A stretch of 64,000 bases of DNA, taken from contig MU053934.1 in NCBI GenBank assembly GCA_013239625.1, positions 8,019,352 to 8,083,351 on the forward strand, read 5' to 3'. Under the pieces are notes generated by a model. The model saw only the letters and a program-made list of their open reading frames with translations. It made no database searches and had not been told where the DNA came from. The translations under genes and the position numbers were made by a program. How positions within the stretch are numbered: the first letter of the stretch is position 1; every line of letters starts with the position of its first letter. The DNA is from Lama guanicoe (Eukaryota). Of this stretch, positions 1-12,610 are shown piece after piece.

Positions 1-420
1 TCTTTCTAGTATTTTCCTCTATTTGTAAAGTTCGGATCATACTGTTACATAATTTGTGTCCCTCTTCTTTTTAAACTTACGTAACTTAAGTTTTACCTTA
101 ATTATTGTGAGCACGTAGGAGGCTGTTTTGAAAAGGAGCAGCTTAGTGAACTCTTACAAGCAGGGACGATTCCTTTACAGCAAACTGTCCCCCTGAGGGT
201 CTTTATCTGAGCCTTGAAGTTTGAAGTGTTTCTTTAGATGTTTAGATTTGGGTTAGGTTAGAAGTTTTGATTTTTATGAAACTCAGCACACTCCCGGGCA
301 TCTTCCAAATTCATGAATGATTCAGCACGGGGAAAGTTGCGGACAAGGCAGGACGCACGTGTGCCTCCTGATGTCGACTGTCCCCGCTGGCTCTCCTCTG
401 ATATCCACCTCCTCTTGCAG

Positions 421-488
421 ATTCTACCTCGGGGGACCCACGAGCGTGCGGGGCTTCAGCATGCACAGCGTCGGGCCGCAGAGCGAAG
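421..488 (+). CDS. SAMM50: SAMM50 internal coding exon (fourth from last), mitochondrial sorting and assembly machinery component 50
   Basis: Polypyrimidine tract and ttgcag acceptor; gtctgt donor at 489. 68 bp encoding (R)[22 protein letters not shown](G), which contains the Omp85/BamA-family VRGF motif. Splices in frame to the exon at 4611. Confidence 0.97.
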
Positions 489-1295
489 GTCTGTTGTCCC
501 CACGATATGTACGCCAAACTGGAAAAACTGAGCTGACGGTGGCTTCTCATTTTTGAAAGCATATGTGTGTTTAAACTGCCTCAATAGTAGATGTTCACAT
601 GTCACCAGTGGAACTGGCACCCGACACAGCATCCACCACACAGCAGGCCAGGAAAGGCGTCTGTGGAGGAGATGATAGAAAACGAGAGAACAGAACTAAG
701 CAGAGGTTCACGACGGTGGCCTCTGGTCCCGTTGCCCAGAGCTGACACGTGTGAGCGTCCTGTTTAAACACACACGCCCACACATGCGTGCTGTGTGGAC
801 GTGTGTGTGGACGTGCTGTGTTCTGACCTGGTCCTCCCGCCACCCCGCAGTAATGACGTACAAAAAGACTTTAATACGAATAAGTACTTTACTGTTTTTA
901 ATGGCTGCTTAATTCGTCTTATTGACAAGCCATGATTTTTTTAAATTAATGGGACTTAAAATTTTTTTTGAAATATGATATGATAACTTTAATATCACGA
1001 TAAGCATGCATTTCAATAAGAAGACCTGGAGGAGGTACAGCACAACGTTAATTATGGTTTTATCTGGGTGATGAGAATTACGAATAATTTTAGTACATCT
1101 TTTAAAATGCATTTCTGCACTTTCCAAATTTTCTGCAAGTCTCCATTAAGTTTGTTTATTGAGATATAGATGATTTACAATACTCTAAGTTTTAGACGCA
1201 CAACAATTTTTACAACAAATTTTTCCGTGAGTCATGATTCTTAAAAGATTCTGCTCCATTTATACTTATTCTAAAACATTGGCTACACCTGCTGT

Positions 1296-2220
1296 GTAAT
1301 GGGCTTTATTTTTGAGAACTGTTTTAGGTGAACGGAAAACTTGGGCACAAAGTGCAGTGCTCCGCTGCCCCCGCCCATAGCACCCTTTGTCAGTGGCATC
1401 TCGCGATCCTGTGGGGCCCTCGTTAGAGCTGAGAGCCAGCGCTGATGTGTGATTGCTGACTAGGTCCCATGTCCACATTAGGGCTCGCTTTGTGTGGCCT
1501 TGTTTCATGGGCTTTGACAAGCGCACAGTGGCGTGTATCTACCATTACAGTATCCCGCAGAAGGGTTTCACCGGCCTAAAAATTCACCACGCTCCATCCA
1601 CCTCTTCATTCCTCCCTCTCTTCTCCCTCCTTACTTCCTGGCAACCACTGACCTTTACTATCTCCATAGTTCTGCCTTTTCCGGAATGGCATATAATTGG
1701 AATCATGCGGTATGTGCCCTTTTCTGACTGGCCTTCTTGACTAAGCAGTATGCACTTAAGGTTCTCCCATGTCTTTTTTCTTTATAATGTATTTTTTAGA
1801 TTTTTGTTTTTACATATATACATTTAAAAATTTGAATATAAGTGATTTACAATATTAATTAGTTTCAGTTGTACAACCTAGTGATTCGACCCTCCGTATT
1901 TTTTTACAGCTTGATTGCTCACGTGTTTTTATCACCGAATAATATTCCACTGTGTGGCTGTACCACAGGTTGTTTATGCACTCACCTACCGAAGGACAGC
2001 TTGCCTGCAGGACTCCCGGTCTTTGGCAATTATGAGTAAAGCTGACATAAACATCTATGTGCAGTTTTTTATTTGGACATAAGGTTTCAGCTCATTTGGG
2101 TAAATAGCAAGGAGCCCAGTCGCTGGATTGTATGATGGAACTATGTTTAGCTTTGTAAGGAACTGCCAGATTGTCTTCCAAAATAGCTCTAGCATTTTGC
2201 ATTCCCAGCAGCAGTAAATC
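1296..2220 (-). mobile_element. Old L1 (L1MC-like) 3' end with ORF2 C-terminal remnant, interrupted by a short younger L1 tail at ~1790-1890
   Basis: Minus-strand translation CWECKMLELFWKTIWQFLTKLNIVPSYNPATGLLAIYPNELK resembles the L1 ORF2 C-terminus; typical L1 3' UTR motifs. Confidence 0.8.
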
Positions 2221-2859
2221 AGAAAGACAAAAGCCTGGTGATCTTTCATGGCTGCTTGCTTCATCCTCCTACCTTACTGCAGTCTTTATAGACCAGACCC
2301 CAAGATTCAGACGTTTAGACTGGTTCCTTTTCCCTTAGAATTATATAACAATGTGCCAGCGTATTTAATAGCCTAACTGAATCTCTGTGTTTGTCTGTAA
2401 GTTTGACTTTATAACATAAAGCTCCAGATGCGGACTCGCTAGATCAAAGGGTTTTGAGATTCTTCAGTTTTCATATTGGTCTCTGGAGAGTTTGTCTCAC
2501 TCATACTCTCCCCCAGCAGTGAGTGAGAATTCCTGTTTCTGGAACTGTCTCTAATACTTGACATTTTGTCAGAGGATCTCCACATGTATTAGAATCTTTA
2601 AAAACATTATTTAAATGGATGCGTGTTCTTTTAGAGTGATTTAGTAGTGTGTCTCTCTCTCTCTTTTTTGAAAAGTAACAGTTTCTTTTAGTGACTGTGA
2701 AAGTTTTGGAATCTGATTTAATTTGCTTGAAAGTTAAAACATAAATTCCTTATTAAAAGGCCATTGGTAAGATTCCATGGCAAGAAGGTAAACTGCTGTG
2801 GCTTTTCGTGAAAGCAGTTTGACAATTCGTATCAAAAGCCTAAAACATACGAGCAAGGA

Positions 2860-3262
2860 TTATTGAAAATAATAGTCCCAAACTATCTTCACACTGTGGA
2901 ATATTACACAGCAGTGAGGATGAACAAGTTAGAGCCTCTGGCTGGATGGCACGAATGAGCACTGGAAACGTGCCCCCCACCCCCCAAAAAAAGCCAGACT
3001 CAGAGGGTGCATGCTGTGTGATTCCATCCGTGTGATTTGTAGACATGGTGAGATGGTCTGTGCCGTCGGACGCTGGCTGCACTTGGCCTGAGTGGTAGGT
3101 TGTGATTACAAAGGAGAACAGGGCCTTCTGGGGGCTGCACGTGTCTGTTTCTCAGTCTAGGTGCTCACTATAGTCTGTGCTCCGTGTGTGGAGAGTCACT
3201 GAGCCATATACACTTAGGTGTATGTACTTTGTGTGTGTTTTACTTCAAGACCGTTTAAAATG
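2860..3262 (+). mobile_element. Degenerate old L1 (L1ME-like) 3' UTR fragment
   Basis: L1 3' motifs: tggaatattacacagcagtg, aagccagactcagagggtgcatgctgtgtgattcca, tatacacttaggtgtatgtactttg. Confidence 0.6.
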
Positions 3263-4610
3263 TGTGTGTGCAAGGAAGCCCATCACCTCTTCACGTCCAC
3301 TGTCAAGTTCAACACCAATATGGCAGCAGTCAAAGGATAGGTCATTATATTACGGCACATGTAAGTGATTATTCCAGCATCAAGATCACATTTTCAAAGA
3401 ATACAAAGTATTAGAGGGAAGTGCTTACAGTATATTAAACAAACAAACAAAAGGCCAGGATAAAATGACTCACATTTTATTTTCTTATTATTCGTTATAA
3501 TTCACTGGACAAAAGAATACCAGGGTGTTAGCTGGTTATCTCAGAATGCTGGAATTAAAGGAGAATTTCCTTTTTTTCCTGCTTCTATGTATTTATCAGA
3601 TTTCCCACAATGAGTATATTACTTTGTGATTAAAGTAAAATAGGTTATTTAAGAAAAGAGAGCGACACTTGCTGGGAAAGGAAGGCAGACCTGGCTGACC
3701 TCCTGTTACCTGTTCAGTCTTTGTTTCCTCTGGAGCTTCAGTATCAGTAGGGACGGAGGAGGTGCTGGAGTCTTTAAACAAATAAGCAGCTCATTCCTTG
3801 AGGCTGATCTTGGAGGCAGCCGGTATTTTTCTCTTTCATGATCTGTCATTTTGTATTAAAGGAGACTAAGACGCTTTACAAAGAGTCTTTTGTAGCAAAG
3901 TATACACATTTCAGTTTTTTTGTTGTTGTTGCGTTAATGTTGAGGCTCTTTGTAGTTAAAATGAAATGGATAGGAACATTTTTAGAAATAACACGTATGT
4001 GTGCTCTCAGTGAATAGTCTTGAATTTTAGCAAAGGTAACCTTTGTCCAAAAAAAAAAAACAAAACCCGCAAGTGGTCCTAAATCTTTACAAATGAGCGT
4101 CTTTGTAGAGCCGAGCTAGGACGGCTTCCTTGTGCAGTGGGTGGGTAGCAGATTCTTCCTGGTTCTGTACAGCCGTTTCCAGGAACTGCAGAGGCACTTT
4201 GTGTACCTTGTGTCTCTGTATCGTGGTCTTAACATTTGCAAAATAATGCATTTCTTTGCCAAGTGACAGTGACTGGTCACCCGCAGCTGTGGAAGAAGTG
4301 GTTTGCAAGAGTTTATTACTTTACTCCGAGCATGTTACAGATAACGATAAATTCCTGATTTCATTCTTTCCTAATTACACACTAGCTTTTTTTTTTTTTC
4401 AGTTAAAGCAAATTATAAAAGCAGGAGAAGAAGATCATTTCAGAAAGATGGTTTGAAATGAGGCCAGCAGGAGTTAGAAGAGCAGCTGCTCGCAGACGCG
4501 GGCACGGAGAGTGGTGGGCACAGCACGCGTCTCGCTCGTGAAAATGGTGGCACATCAGTGTGATTTTGAGCCTGTGACCTCGTTCTGATCTGCACTCCTT
4601 GCTCACCTAG

Positions 4611-4757
4611 GAGACTACCTGGGCGGAGAGGCGTACTGGGCCGGCGGCCTGCACCTGTACACCCCGTTGCCTTTCCGACCGGGCCAGGGCGGCTTCGGAG
4701 AGCTGTTCAGAACACACTTTTTCCTCAACGCGGGAAACCTCTGCAACCTCAACTACG
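4611..4757 (+). CDS. SAMM50: SAMM50 internal coding exon (third from last)
   Basis: cacctag acceptor, gtaaag donor. 147 bp encoding (G)[48 protein letters not shown](G). Phase 1 at both ends, consistent with its neighbours. Confidence 0.98.
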
Positions 4758-5408
4758 GTAAAGCCAGGACCACGTGGCAGCCCCGCGGCGCGGGCGGCCC
4801 GTGCGAGAGTGCAAGGCACGGCAGGTGTCCGCGTCTCACTCAGATTACGTCGTCTAAAGTGCAGGGGCTGCGCCCTCCGTAGTTCCCACACTCCTGATGC
4901 AGTGCCCAGAGTAAAGGTGTTGGCTGAATGAATGAAAAAAGCAGGAAAAACCATCATCTAATGCTGTCTTACAAAGAAAAGTCTATTTATTGAGCAAACT
5001 TTCTTGAGCCCCTACTCTGTGCCAGTCATTAAGGCCACAGAGCTGAGCATGAGCTGGTCCCTTGTCTGGGTGCTCAGGGCCCAAGAGTCACAGGTGCGTC
5101 CAGCTAGGAGGACACGGGGGAGGGGTCTGGAAACCAGGGCTTGGAGTAGGGCTTCCCGGGTGGTCAGTGGCCGGGGAAATGCTATTCGAGGCAAAGGGAG
5201 CAGAGTGTGCCAGGCCATGAGAATGGGGAGGAAGTGCGGCCCCCAGCCCGCTTGACTTTGGTCCTGTCTCACTTCATTCATTCTCCTCGACTGTCTAGGC
5301 CTGGCTTGAAAAATCACCGGAGGCCACACAGCGGGGAGGGAGGCAGGACTTACCCGAGGGCAGCAGGGGCCACGCGCTGTAGCTCACGTCCCTCTTCTCG
5401 CTTTTCAG

Positions 5409-5550
5409 GGGAGGGCCCCAGAGCTCACATTCGGAAGCTGGCGGAGTGCATCCGCTGGTCTTACGGCGCCGGGATCGTCCTCAGGCTCGGCAACATCGCG
5501 CGGCTGGAGCTGAATTACTGCGTCCCCATGGGCGTGCAGGGGGGCGACAG
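5409..5550 (+). CDS. SAMM50: SAMM50 penultimate coding exon
   Basis: cttttcag acceptor, gtgggt donor. 142 bp encoding (G)[46 protein letters not shown](R). Confidence 0.98.
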
Positions 5551-6194
5551 GTGGGTGCGGGCGTTCCTCTCCACTGGTCCATGGCTCTTTCTTGTCACGG
5601 TACTTTGTTTTGGACGTTAGTTAATATCTCACCAGTGGCCTTTAAGACTCAAGACTTCAGGGAAAATTGAATCGTTAGCTGAAGAATGAAAACACCCGTG
5701 TTTTTCTCTGTTGGATTTCTCCCCATCCAGTGTGAGGGAAAATGTGCTGTGTCCCGGGCCCCCGCCTCACACTATGGGTGCTTGTGCCCAAGGAGCAGGA
5801 GCCCCTCTCCCGGCCTGGCTGGCGGCGGCCGCTGGCGTCGCTGACCCTGCGCTGAGGGCAGAGGGAGGTGTTGCGGGCGGTGGCAGCAGCCAGGAGCTCG
5901 GAGGTCGGGGTGGGCGCAGAGGCTCCCGCCGCAGAGGCCGTGCTCCCCAGGCCGCTCCCCGCGGTGGTTTGCACCCGCCCTCTTGGCCTTTCTCCACCAG
6001 TCATTTTACTGAACAAGGTTTGCTGGGTATTACATGGATGAACGTGGTATAAGGCCATTTATATTTATGGAAGTTGGTTTTGTTCTTGAATTATTCGGTA
6101 TGTGTTGTAGAACGTTTAAGAAGTCCAAAGTGCTGTCCTCAGTAGTGCGCGCGGTCGGCTCGGCGAGTGTGACAGCCCCGCAGTCCGGGTCCTT

Positions 6195-6526
6195 CCCGGC
6201 AGGCGTTTCCGCCTCATGTCTGGAGGCCGGGAAGCCCTGGGTCAGAGCGCTGGCAGATCTGGGCCCTGATGAAGGGTCCTCTGCCTGGTCTGCAGATGGC
6301 GACTTCCCTCTGTGTCCTTACTTGGCAGAGAGAGAGCAGGCTCTGTGGTGTCTCTTATGTAGACACTCATCCCACCACGCGGGCCCCATCTTGAATGAGG
6401 CACCTCATCTCAGGTGCCATAATGACCTCCCAAAGGCCCCGCCTCCGGATACTGTCACCTGGCGGGGGTGGGCGTTGAGGGCTTCCGCACGGAGGGCCTG
6501 GGGGACACAGACGTGCCGCCCATGAC
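6195..6526 (-). mobile_element. MaLR LTR (MLT1A-like)
   Basis: MLT1 motifs: tctggaggccgggaag, gcagatggcgacttccctctgtgtcct, acctcccaaaggccccgcctcc, gggggacacagac. Confidence 0.7.
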
Positions 6527-6994
6527 CTCGTGTTCCTGTTTTCATGCTCACCCATCTCAGCGCTCTAGGCTACTTTTTTTTCTTTTGGGTGTTCTGTCTA
6601 CAGTCAGTCACGGTGCTGAGTCACAGCCCAGGTTTCAAGCATGAAGCTGTGGTTTGTCCTGGTTTAAGGAAATGCTCTGCAGCTTTACTCCCGCTGTCTC
6701 CAGCCTGGTGGGTGATGGCGTTTTGAAAGGAGCACATAAGAAAGCTTTTAACAAAGCGTTAGTTCTCAGGTGCAGTTCGGTGTCTGTTGTCCAGACCTGC
6801 AGGCCGCCAGGATGGTGGTCTGCTCTCCGCTCTCGCCAGAAGGTGCTTCGGGCCGGGGCTGCCGTGCCTCCCTCGTGGTGTTGGGGCACCCTCAGCTCGC
6901 AGCTGCTCTGTCGACTGTTAATCACCCTCCACACCTCGTGCTCGGCGCATAGCACATGCTGAGAAGGGTCTGGTTGCACAGGCTGAGTGTGCAC

Positions 6995-7152
6995 TGGAGT
7001 GTGTGGCCTCGGGTAAGTTGCTTAACCTCTCTGGGTCTCCGTTTTCACGTCCGGAGAATGGGCACTAATGGTAGTGATTACTTTGCAGGTTTGAGAACTA
7101 AATGCATGAACACATGCACTGCTCATAGAGCAGTGCCTGGCGTGTAGTCAGC
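6995..7152 (+). mobile_element. MIR SINE
   Basis: MIR core gtgtggcctcgggtaagttgcttaacctctctgggtctccgtttt and tail agagcagtgcctggcgtgtagt. Confidence 0.75.
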
Positions 7153-10100
7153 AAAGCTGGTTATTTCTCGTGTTGTTCCTGCTCCTGGTGCGCTCAGCCC
7201 AGCCGCCTGTTCACATAGGAAGCAGACCGTGCCCCCTCGCCTCTGTGGTGTCACAGTATGGCTGGCACCTGGCTGACTGTGTTTGAGACATGCTGTAGAT
7301 GGGGTGTTGTGTCCTGATTTCAGGGCTGGGCACTTTTTTCTAGAAGAGGGTTTTGCATTAGGTAACAGCAGAGATTCTTCAAATGTTTTTGGTAAATAAA
7401 GCTAATTTTGCAGGTTGCTTTCTGTAAAGCCATATTCCCACCAGAGGTATGGACTTAAGGCTCCTTGGCTTAAAGACCAGGTGCTAGTGGAATCCTGGCA
7501 GAGAGCCAGGGGTGGGGAGCGTCTGACCAGCTCCACGTCTCTTCTGAGAGCAATTAGAACATTTGGGGCAGGAAGGTGATCGATCACTGGTGGAGGTAAG
7601 TACCCCCCTTGTGGGAGGCACCAAGCTAAGCACGGCTTTTGCCGGATGGGGAAACCGAGACTGGGAAGTGTCAGCCGTCGGTCAGCTGCAGTGCCGGGAT
7701 GGGGAGGGCCTGCCCGTTGAGGCCGGAGTGTGAGCTCTGTCCTCTGCACCAGAGCCCAGGTGGACCAGAGCCCAGCTCCCCACCGCTCCCTGCAGGACAG
7801 GGCGTGGGGAGGCTGCAGTCACCCTCACCTCGGGCATCGGCCGTGGAAAGACAAGAATCACCCTCTTCTTGCTTGTGTCCTCATTCAGACTTTAGTTCTG
7901 TACCAACTTCTCTGTCTCAGAGAATACATTGCTGTTTCCATGACGATCCGTTGGTGTGGATTAACCGTGTTTAATGTTAGTCCATATTATACAAGTCAGC
8001 ACGTGATAAACGTGTGTAATGACAGAGAAGACTGGCAGCGCCTGCAGGTTTTCAGCCGCAGCCTTACTGTCTGTTTCACCATGACTGACCATCAGCCCCG
8101 AGGAGTGACCAGGGTCCCTGGACTGGCCTTGAGGCAGCTGCGGACTGGCCTGGCCTGTGGGTGGGGCTGCGCGGCTGGCCCCCGCCCTGTCCCTCCCTGG
8201 CTGTGTGATCCTCGGGTCCTGCCTCCTGCCAGTTCTGGGCCTCCTGCCCTTCAGACTTCAGACGGGAAGGTGGGGCGAGGCCACCCTGTGGTGCGGCCGC
8301 GTGTGGCTGCAGTACCGCCGGCGGCCGCTGGGTGTCAGTGTGCTCCCGGAATCAGCGGTGCTGCCCTCCAAGCCTCCCGCTTCACCTTCCCGCTCTGCCT
8401 CTCTCTCCCCTCAGGTTACCTCTGAAAAGCATGTTTCAGATATTAATTTCAAACGCGGTTTCTCCCAGGAGGAGGAAGCCTGCTGTGCGTATGGTATTTA
8501 AAGACCAGAGCATAAGGAAGCGCGTTCCCCCTGCAGCGGCAGCTCTGGGACCGAGGTGGCTGCAGCAGATGCTCCCCGTGTGCGGCATCCTGCACGGGGC
8601 GCGCCCTTCGCTCAGTGTGAGGCTTTGTTTGAAGTCTTAGCATCCAAATTGGAATTTTGTGACGTTTGAGTGATGTCGCCAGCGCTTAATCTTTATTTCT
8701 AAAATTAGGCAACTAGCAGGATGGGAATTATGTGCGTTCAGTTCATCCGTAGACCCCCCCCCCCGCTTAGTTAATGCAGTCACTCTATAGTTAGGGTTTC
8801 AGACCTTTACAGAAGTGGCAACGGGTCTGAAATGTTTGCTGAGTTTTCTACCGGATGTGATTGGTGGCACCGTTGTCTCTGGGGTCCAGGAGCGTTCTGT
8901 CACTCTGTGTCTTACTGAGTGTGGTCCCTGGAGATTCCCTAATGACAAAGGTGGCCCCCTGGGAGGGCAGCTCATGGCTAGTAACGGAGAAAGATGAGAA
9001 AGAGGATCATGGTGGCTGGGGTGGGCGTGAGAGGGCCTCCTGGAGGAGGTGACACCTGAGCTGAAGCTTCTGGAAGGACCAAGGTGGCCTACCAGGCCAC
9101 CGAACAGCTGGAGCCAAGGTGTGGACACGTGAGATGCCAGCAGGCACCAGCTGACACTTCTACAGGTGCAGAAGTGAGGTGTGGGGCGGCCCTTGAATGC
9201 CAGGTGGAGCCTAAGGTTCAGTCCTGTCCCCTTCCTGGCTCTGCCTTCCAGCCTCTCTGGCCTTTTCCCTTTGGGCACACCCTGAGGTCTCCGAGTCCTG
9301 GCCCTCATCTGCGCTGACTTCCCCGTGCTGAGGATGGCGCCCATTCCCCGAGTGATGGCTGGGTGCGAGGTGGGAGCCTGCTGAAGAAGCATTGCTCCCA
9401 GTGCTGGGGGCCGTGTGCAGGGTGCTGAAGATGTAGCGGCAGCAGAGGGCCCGGGCCCTGGCGTGACCTTCATCAACACCCCCTGGTGGTATGGAGCCAG
9501 AGGCAGGGCAGTGCAGGCAGGGAGGCCTCCAGAGCCGCGCTGCGCTCGCACAGCCAGGGCTGCCCACGGCAGGCGGTGGGAGGGGGAGGCGGGGGGCTGT
9601 TTTGAGGTGCCTGCTGCATGGAGTCACAAGAACTCTGGCACGGCGGTCAAGACAGGAAGATGGGCTTCTGGCAAAGCTGGCTGGGTGCCCCGCGTCCTGT
9701 GGCTGCCCCCGCGGTGCCGTTCGGGGTATCCGCGGTGGGCCTTTCCCCCGTGCCGCGCGTATATGCCTTCGGTCATAAGCCTGTGCTCGTAGAGCTGCTT
9801 GATCCGTTTGCAGTTCGAGTGGACGAGCCCCTACTAGCACCCTGCTTGTTTCTGAGTCGTGTAAGCCCGGGGCTTGACTTATTTTTCTTGTAGCTCATTT
9901 TCAGATTGTTTTCTTAATGGTGAACACAGGCATAGAGCACATTGATGACCTGACCGTGTAAGGTGTAAAAGCGGGTTGTTCAGATCTGAGCAGCGCCAAG
10001 TCATACAAACACAGTCGCAGTTTTGATGGTGGATCTTTGCCTTTTAAGGGCAGGGTGAGGTCTGCTCAGGATCGTGGGGTCTGCGTCTGTCCCTTCCGGT

Positions 10101-11618
10101 TGGACGGCTTCTGCTGATGCAGCTGGTTAATGAGCACCCTTGACCCTGCGGGAGGGCAGGAGCAGCAGTAATGATTCTCTGTCTTGAATCTGTTAATTGA
10201 TGAGATATTTTGATCCCTCGCTCAAGTCAGGTTGAAAAAGAACAACTTGCTGCCAGTTTTCATAGGCTGTAAATCCGGAGATTGGGTTAGGGCACAGGTG
10301 TTATGACAACAGAAATTCCAGCTTTCCTCTGAAGGAAGGAGCCATTCTCGTCCAGTTTTTCAAGAAACTGCCCACAACTTGTGAAGATGCCACGTTCCTC
10401 AGATGCACCATCAGCTGCTGGTTGGGATTCGGACTGTGGTTTTTCCCTGAAGCATCTGCTTCCTGGTGTCTAGGCCCCCGGGTTAGGCCCTTTGTTCTGT
10501 GTTCAGCACTGGTCCTGCCCCCGAGCACAGCCAGCTGGTGGGCCACGTCGCCTTGGGCGACTGTAGGAGTCCATCCTCCACGCCGTGGGGCAGTCTGGGC
10601 CTGGCGGTGGTGCGCCAGCCACGCTGTGGTATCTCAGAACACAGGGGCCCACGCCGTGGCCGCGAGTCTCACCCTGAGTGCATCCGGGGTGTGCACCAGG
10701 CCGTCGTGGAGACAGGAGGACCCGTAGCTGCGCATCCTCCCTCGCAGCTGAGGCGGCAGGGCCCGCGGGCGCGCGGGCGTCTGGTCCAGAGTCCTGCTCG
10801 GCTGCTCCTGCTGTGTGACCGCAGCCCTGTCCTCACTGCCCTGCCCGTTCGTGCATCTGGAAATGGGCTCCGTGGTCCATCAGCCGGTCCCGACTGCACA
10901 GGGAGCAGAACCTGTGGAGCATCTGCAGCCAGCAAGCGTTGCAGCCACATCACCCGTTTGCAGCCTTTCCTGGGTCAGAGCAGGCTGTAAAGAGCGGTCA
11001 CGGAAACCCTGTGGGCTGAGCACTGCCATCGCCGTAAGCCCCTGGGACCCTTCGAGGTCTGGGCTGCCCCGAGCTCCGCCGTCCCCCCACTCCCTCCTCC
11101 CCACCTCCCTGCTCGCTGCCCTGCTTCCTCCCAGTGCCCTCCCGTCCGTCCTCTCTGTCCTCCCGCCGTGCCCGGCCCTCCCGGGCGGTGTGCTTTGCCG
11201 GGTGCCCTTCCATGGCCACGTCTCTCATCACCGCTCTGCTCTCACATAAAGGACCGCACAACTCCCCTCTTGCCTGGTAGCCTTAGAGAGAAACACAAAG
11301 CTTATTCCCTCCCGGGGCTCTGTTGTTCATAACTATTTCTCTCTGAGGCCCTTTTCTCTTGTCACCAGTTGGGTCGGGACTGGGGGCACACAGAGGAGTT
11401 GAAGAGGGGGCAGGGAAGGGGGTTCACGTCTCTGTCATCTCCATCTCATTCCCGTTTTCCATTCTCCAGAGGCTGGCGGTTAACAGCAGAGAGGGAAGCA
11501 GCCGGGCAGCCCAAACTGTCTTCCCGGAGGCTCAAGTTTATGGAACTGTGGACGGACGGGGCGGGTAGAGCAGAGCACAGGATTGGTTTCCTGCCTTAAA
11601 ACGTAATTTTTTTTTTAG

Positions 11619-11664
11619 GATTTGCGACGGCGTCCAGTTCGGAGCTGGGATAAGGTTCCTGTAA
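11619..11664 (+). CDS. SAMM50: SAMM50 last coding exon with stop codon
   Basis: T-rich acceptor (ttttttttttag). Encodes (R)ICDGVQFGAGIRFL with TAA at 11662-11664. QFGAGIRF fits the C-terminal beta-signal (polar-x-G-x-x-hydrophobic-x-hydrophobic) of mitochondrial beta-barrel proteins. Too short to appear in the ORF track. Confidence 0.97.
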
Positions 11665-11850
11665 CTGATGCTGAGCGTCCTCCAGTCCCTCCAGAGGAAG
11701 CCCTGGAGCTCGGGCAGCAGTGAGTCAGTCGGTGCCACACACTTTCTCTCCAAATAAACACATTTCACGTGATCCTTGACTGCGATCCTTGTGGGAAGCC
11801 AAGTCAATAAATTTTAAAGACAGATACTGAGCTGCAACGTGGGTGTGGTT
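11665..11850 (+). terminator. SAMM50: SAMM50 3' UTR and polyadenylation region
   Basis: AATAAA at 11753-11758 and 11806-11811; GU-rich element (gtgggtgtggtt) near 11839-11850. Confidence 0.8.
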
Positions 11851-12229
11851 AGCTTTCCCCAGGCAGGGTGTCCCGCGCGGCTTTTCCTGAGGACCACGTG
11901 GAGTGTACAGGGGGCCAGAGCTGCGTTCTTTCATGTGTACCGCCCAGTGGGGGTCCTGTCAGAGGGTCTGCAAACGCCTCGTCATCCTGGACTCCCCCGG
12001 TCTCAGTGTTGGGTCCCACGTGTCAGAAGTGATTGGCAGAGCCCCGGGGGAGACTTGGAGACGCAGGCCTGCTGGTTCTAGGCACACAGGCCCCCGCTCG
12101 ATGCTGAGGGACTGTGTTGGCGGGCGCAGCCGTCACAGTGTCACCTAAGTGTGTGTGAGTGCTGTGGAAGAGAGAGCCCAGTGTAACGTTAGGGACACTG
12201 AAGCTAACATTGGTGTTAATAAAGACGAG

Positions 12230-12610
12230 TGAACCACAGGCCTAGCGGCCTAACCCAGCCCAGAGCAGAAACCCGGCGTCAGCAGGGCTGCACTCCTCCT
12301 GGAGGCTCCCAGGGAGGATCTGTTTCCCGGCCTTTTCCAGCTTCCAGAGGTGCCCATGTTCCTTGGCCTGGGCCCTTGCTTTATTTTCAGAGCCAGCAGC
12401 GTAGCATCTTCCTGTACCCTCTGAATACTTGCCTCTCGGTACCATCTTTTTGGCCCCTATGGTGACACTGGGCCGACCTGGACAGTCCAGGCTGCTCTTA
12501 TTTTAATATCTGCAGTCTTAGTACCCCCGGTTGTATTACGTAACATATTCACAGGCTCCAGGAATTAGAATGCGGACATCTTTAGGGGACCATTATTCTG
12601 CCTAACACAC
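12230..12610 (-). mobile_element. MaLR LTR (MLT1-type)
   Basis: Motifs cagcagggctgcactcctcctggaggctcc, ccttttccagcttccagagg, taacatattcacaggctccagg, ggggaccattattctgcctaacaca. Confidence 0.75.

Noticed and set aside
765..805. gtgtggacgtgtgtgtggacgtg short repeat in a SAMM50 intron
   Set aside because: Low-complexity GT-rich duplication of about two copies with no sign of function.
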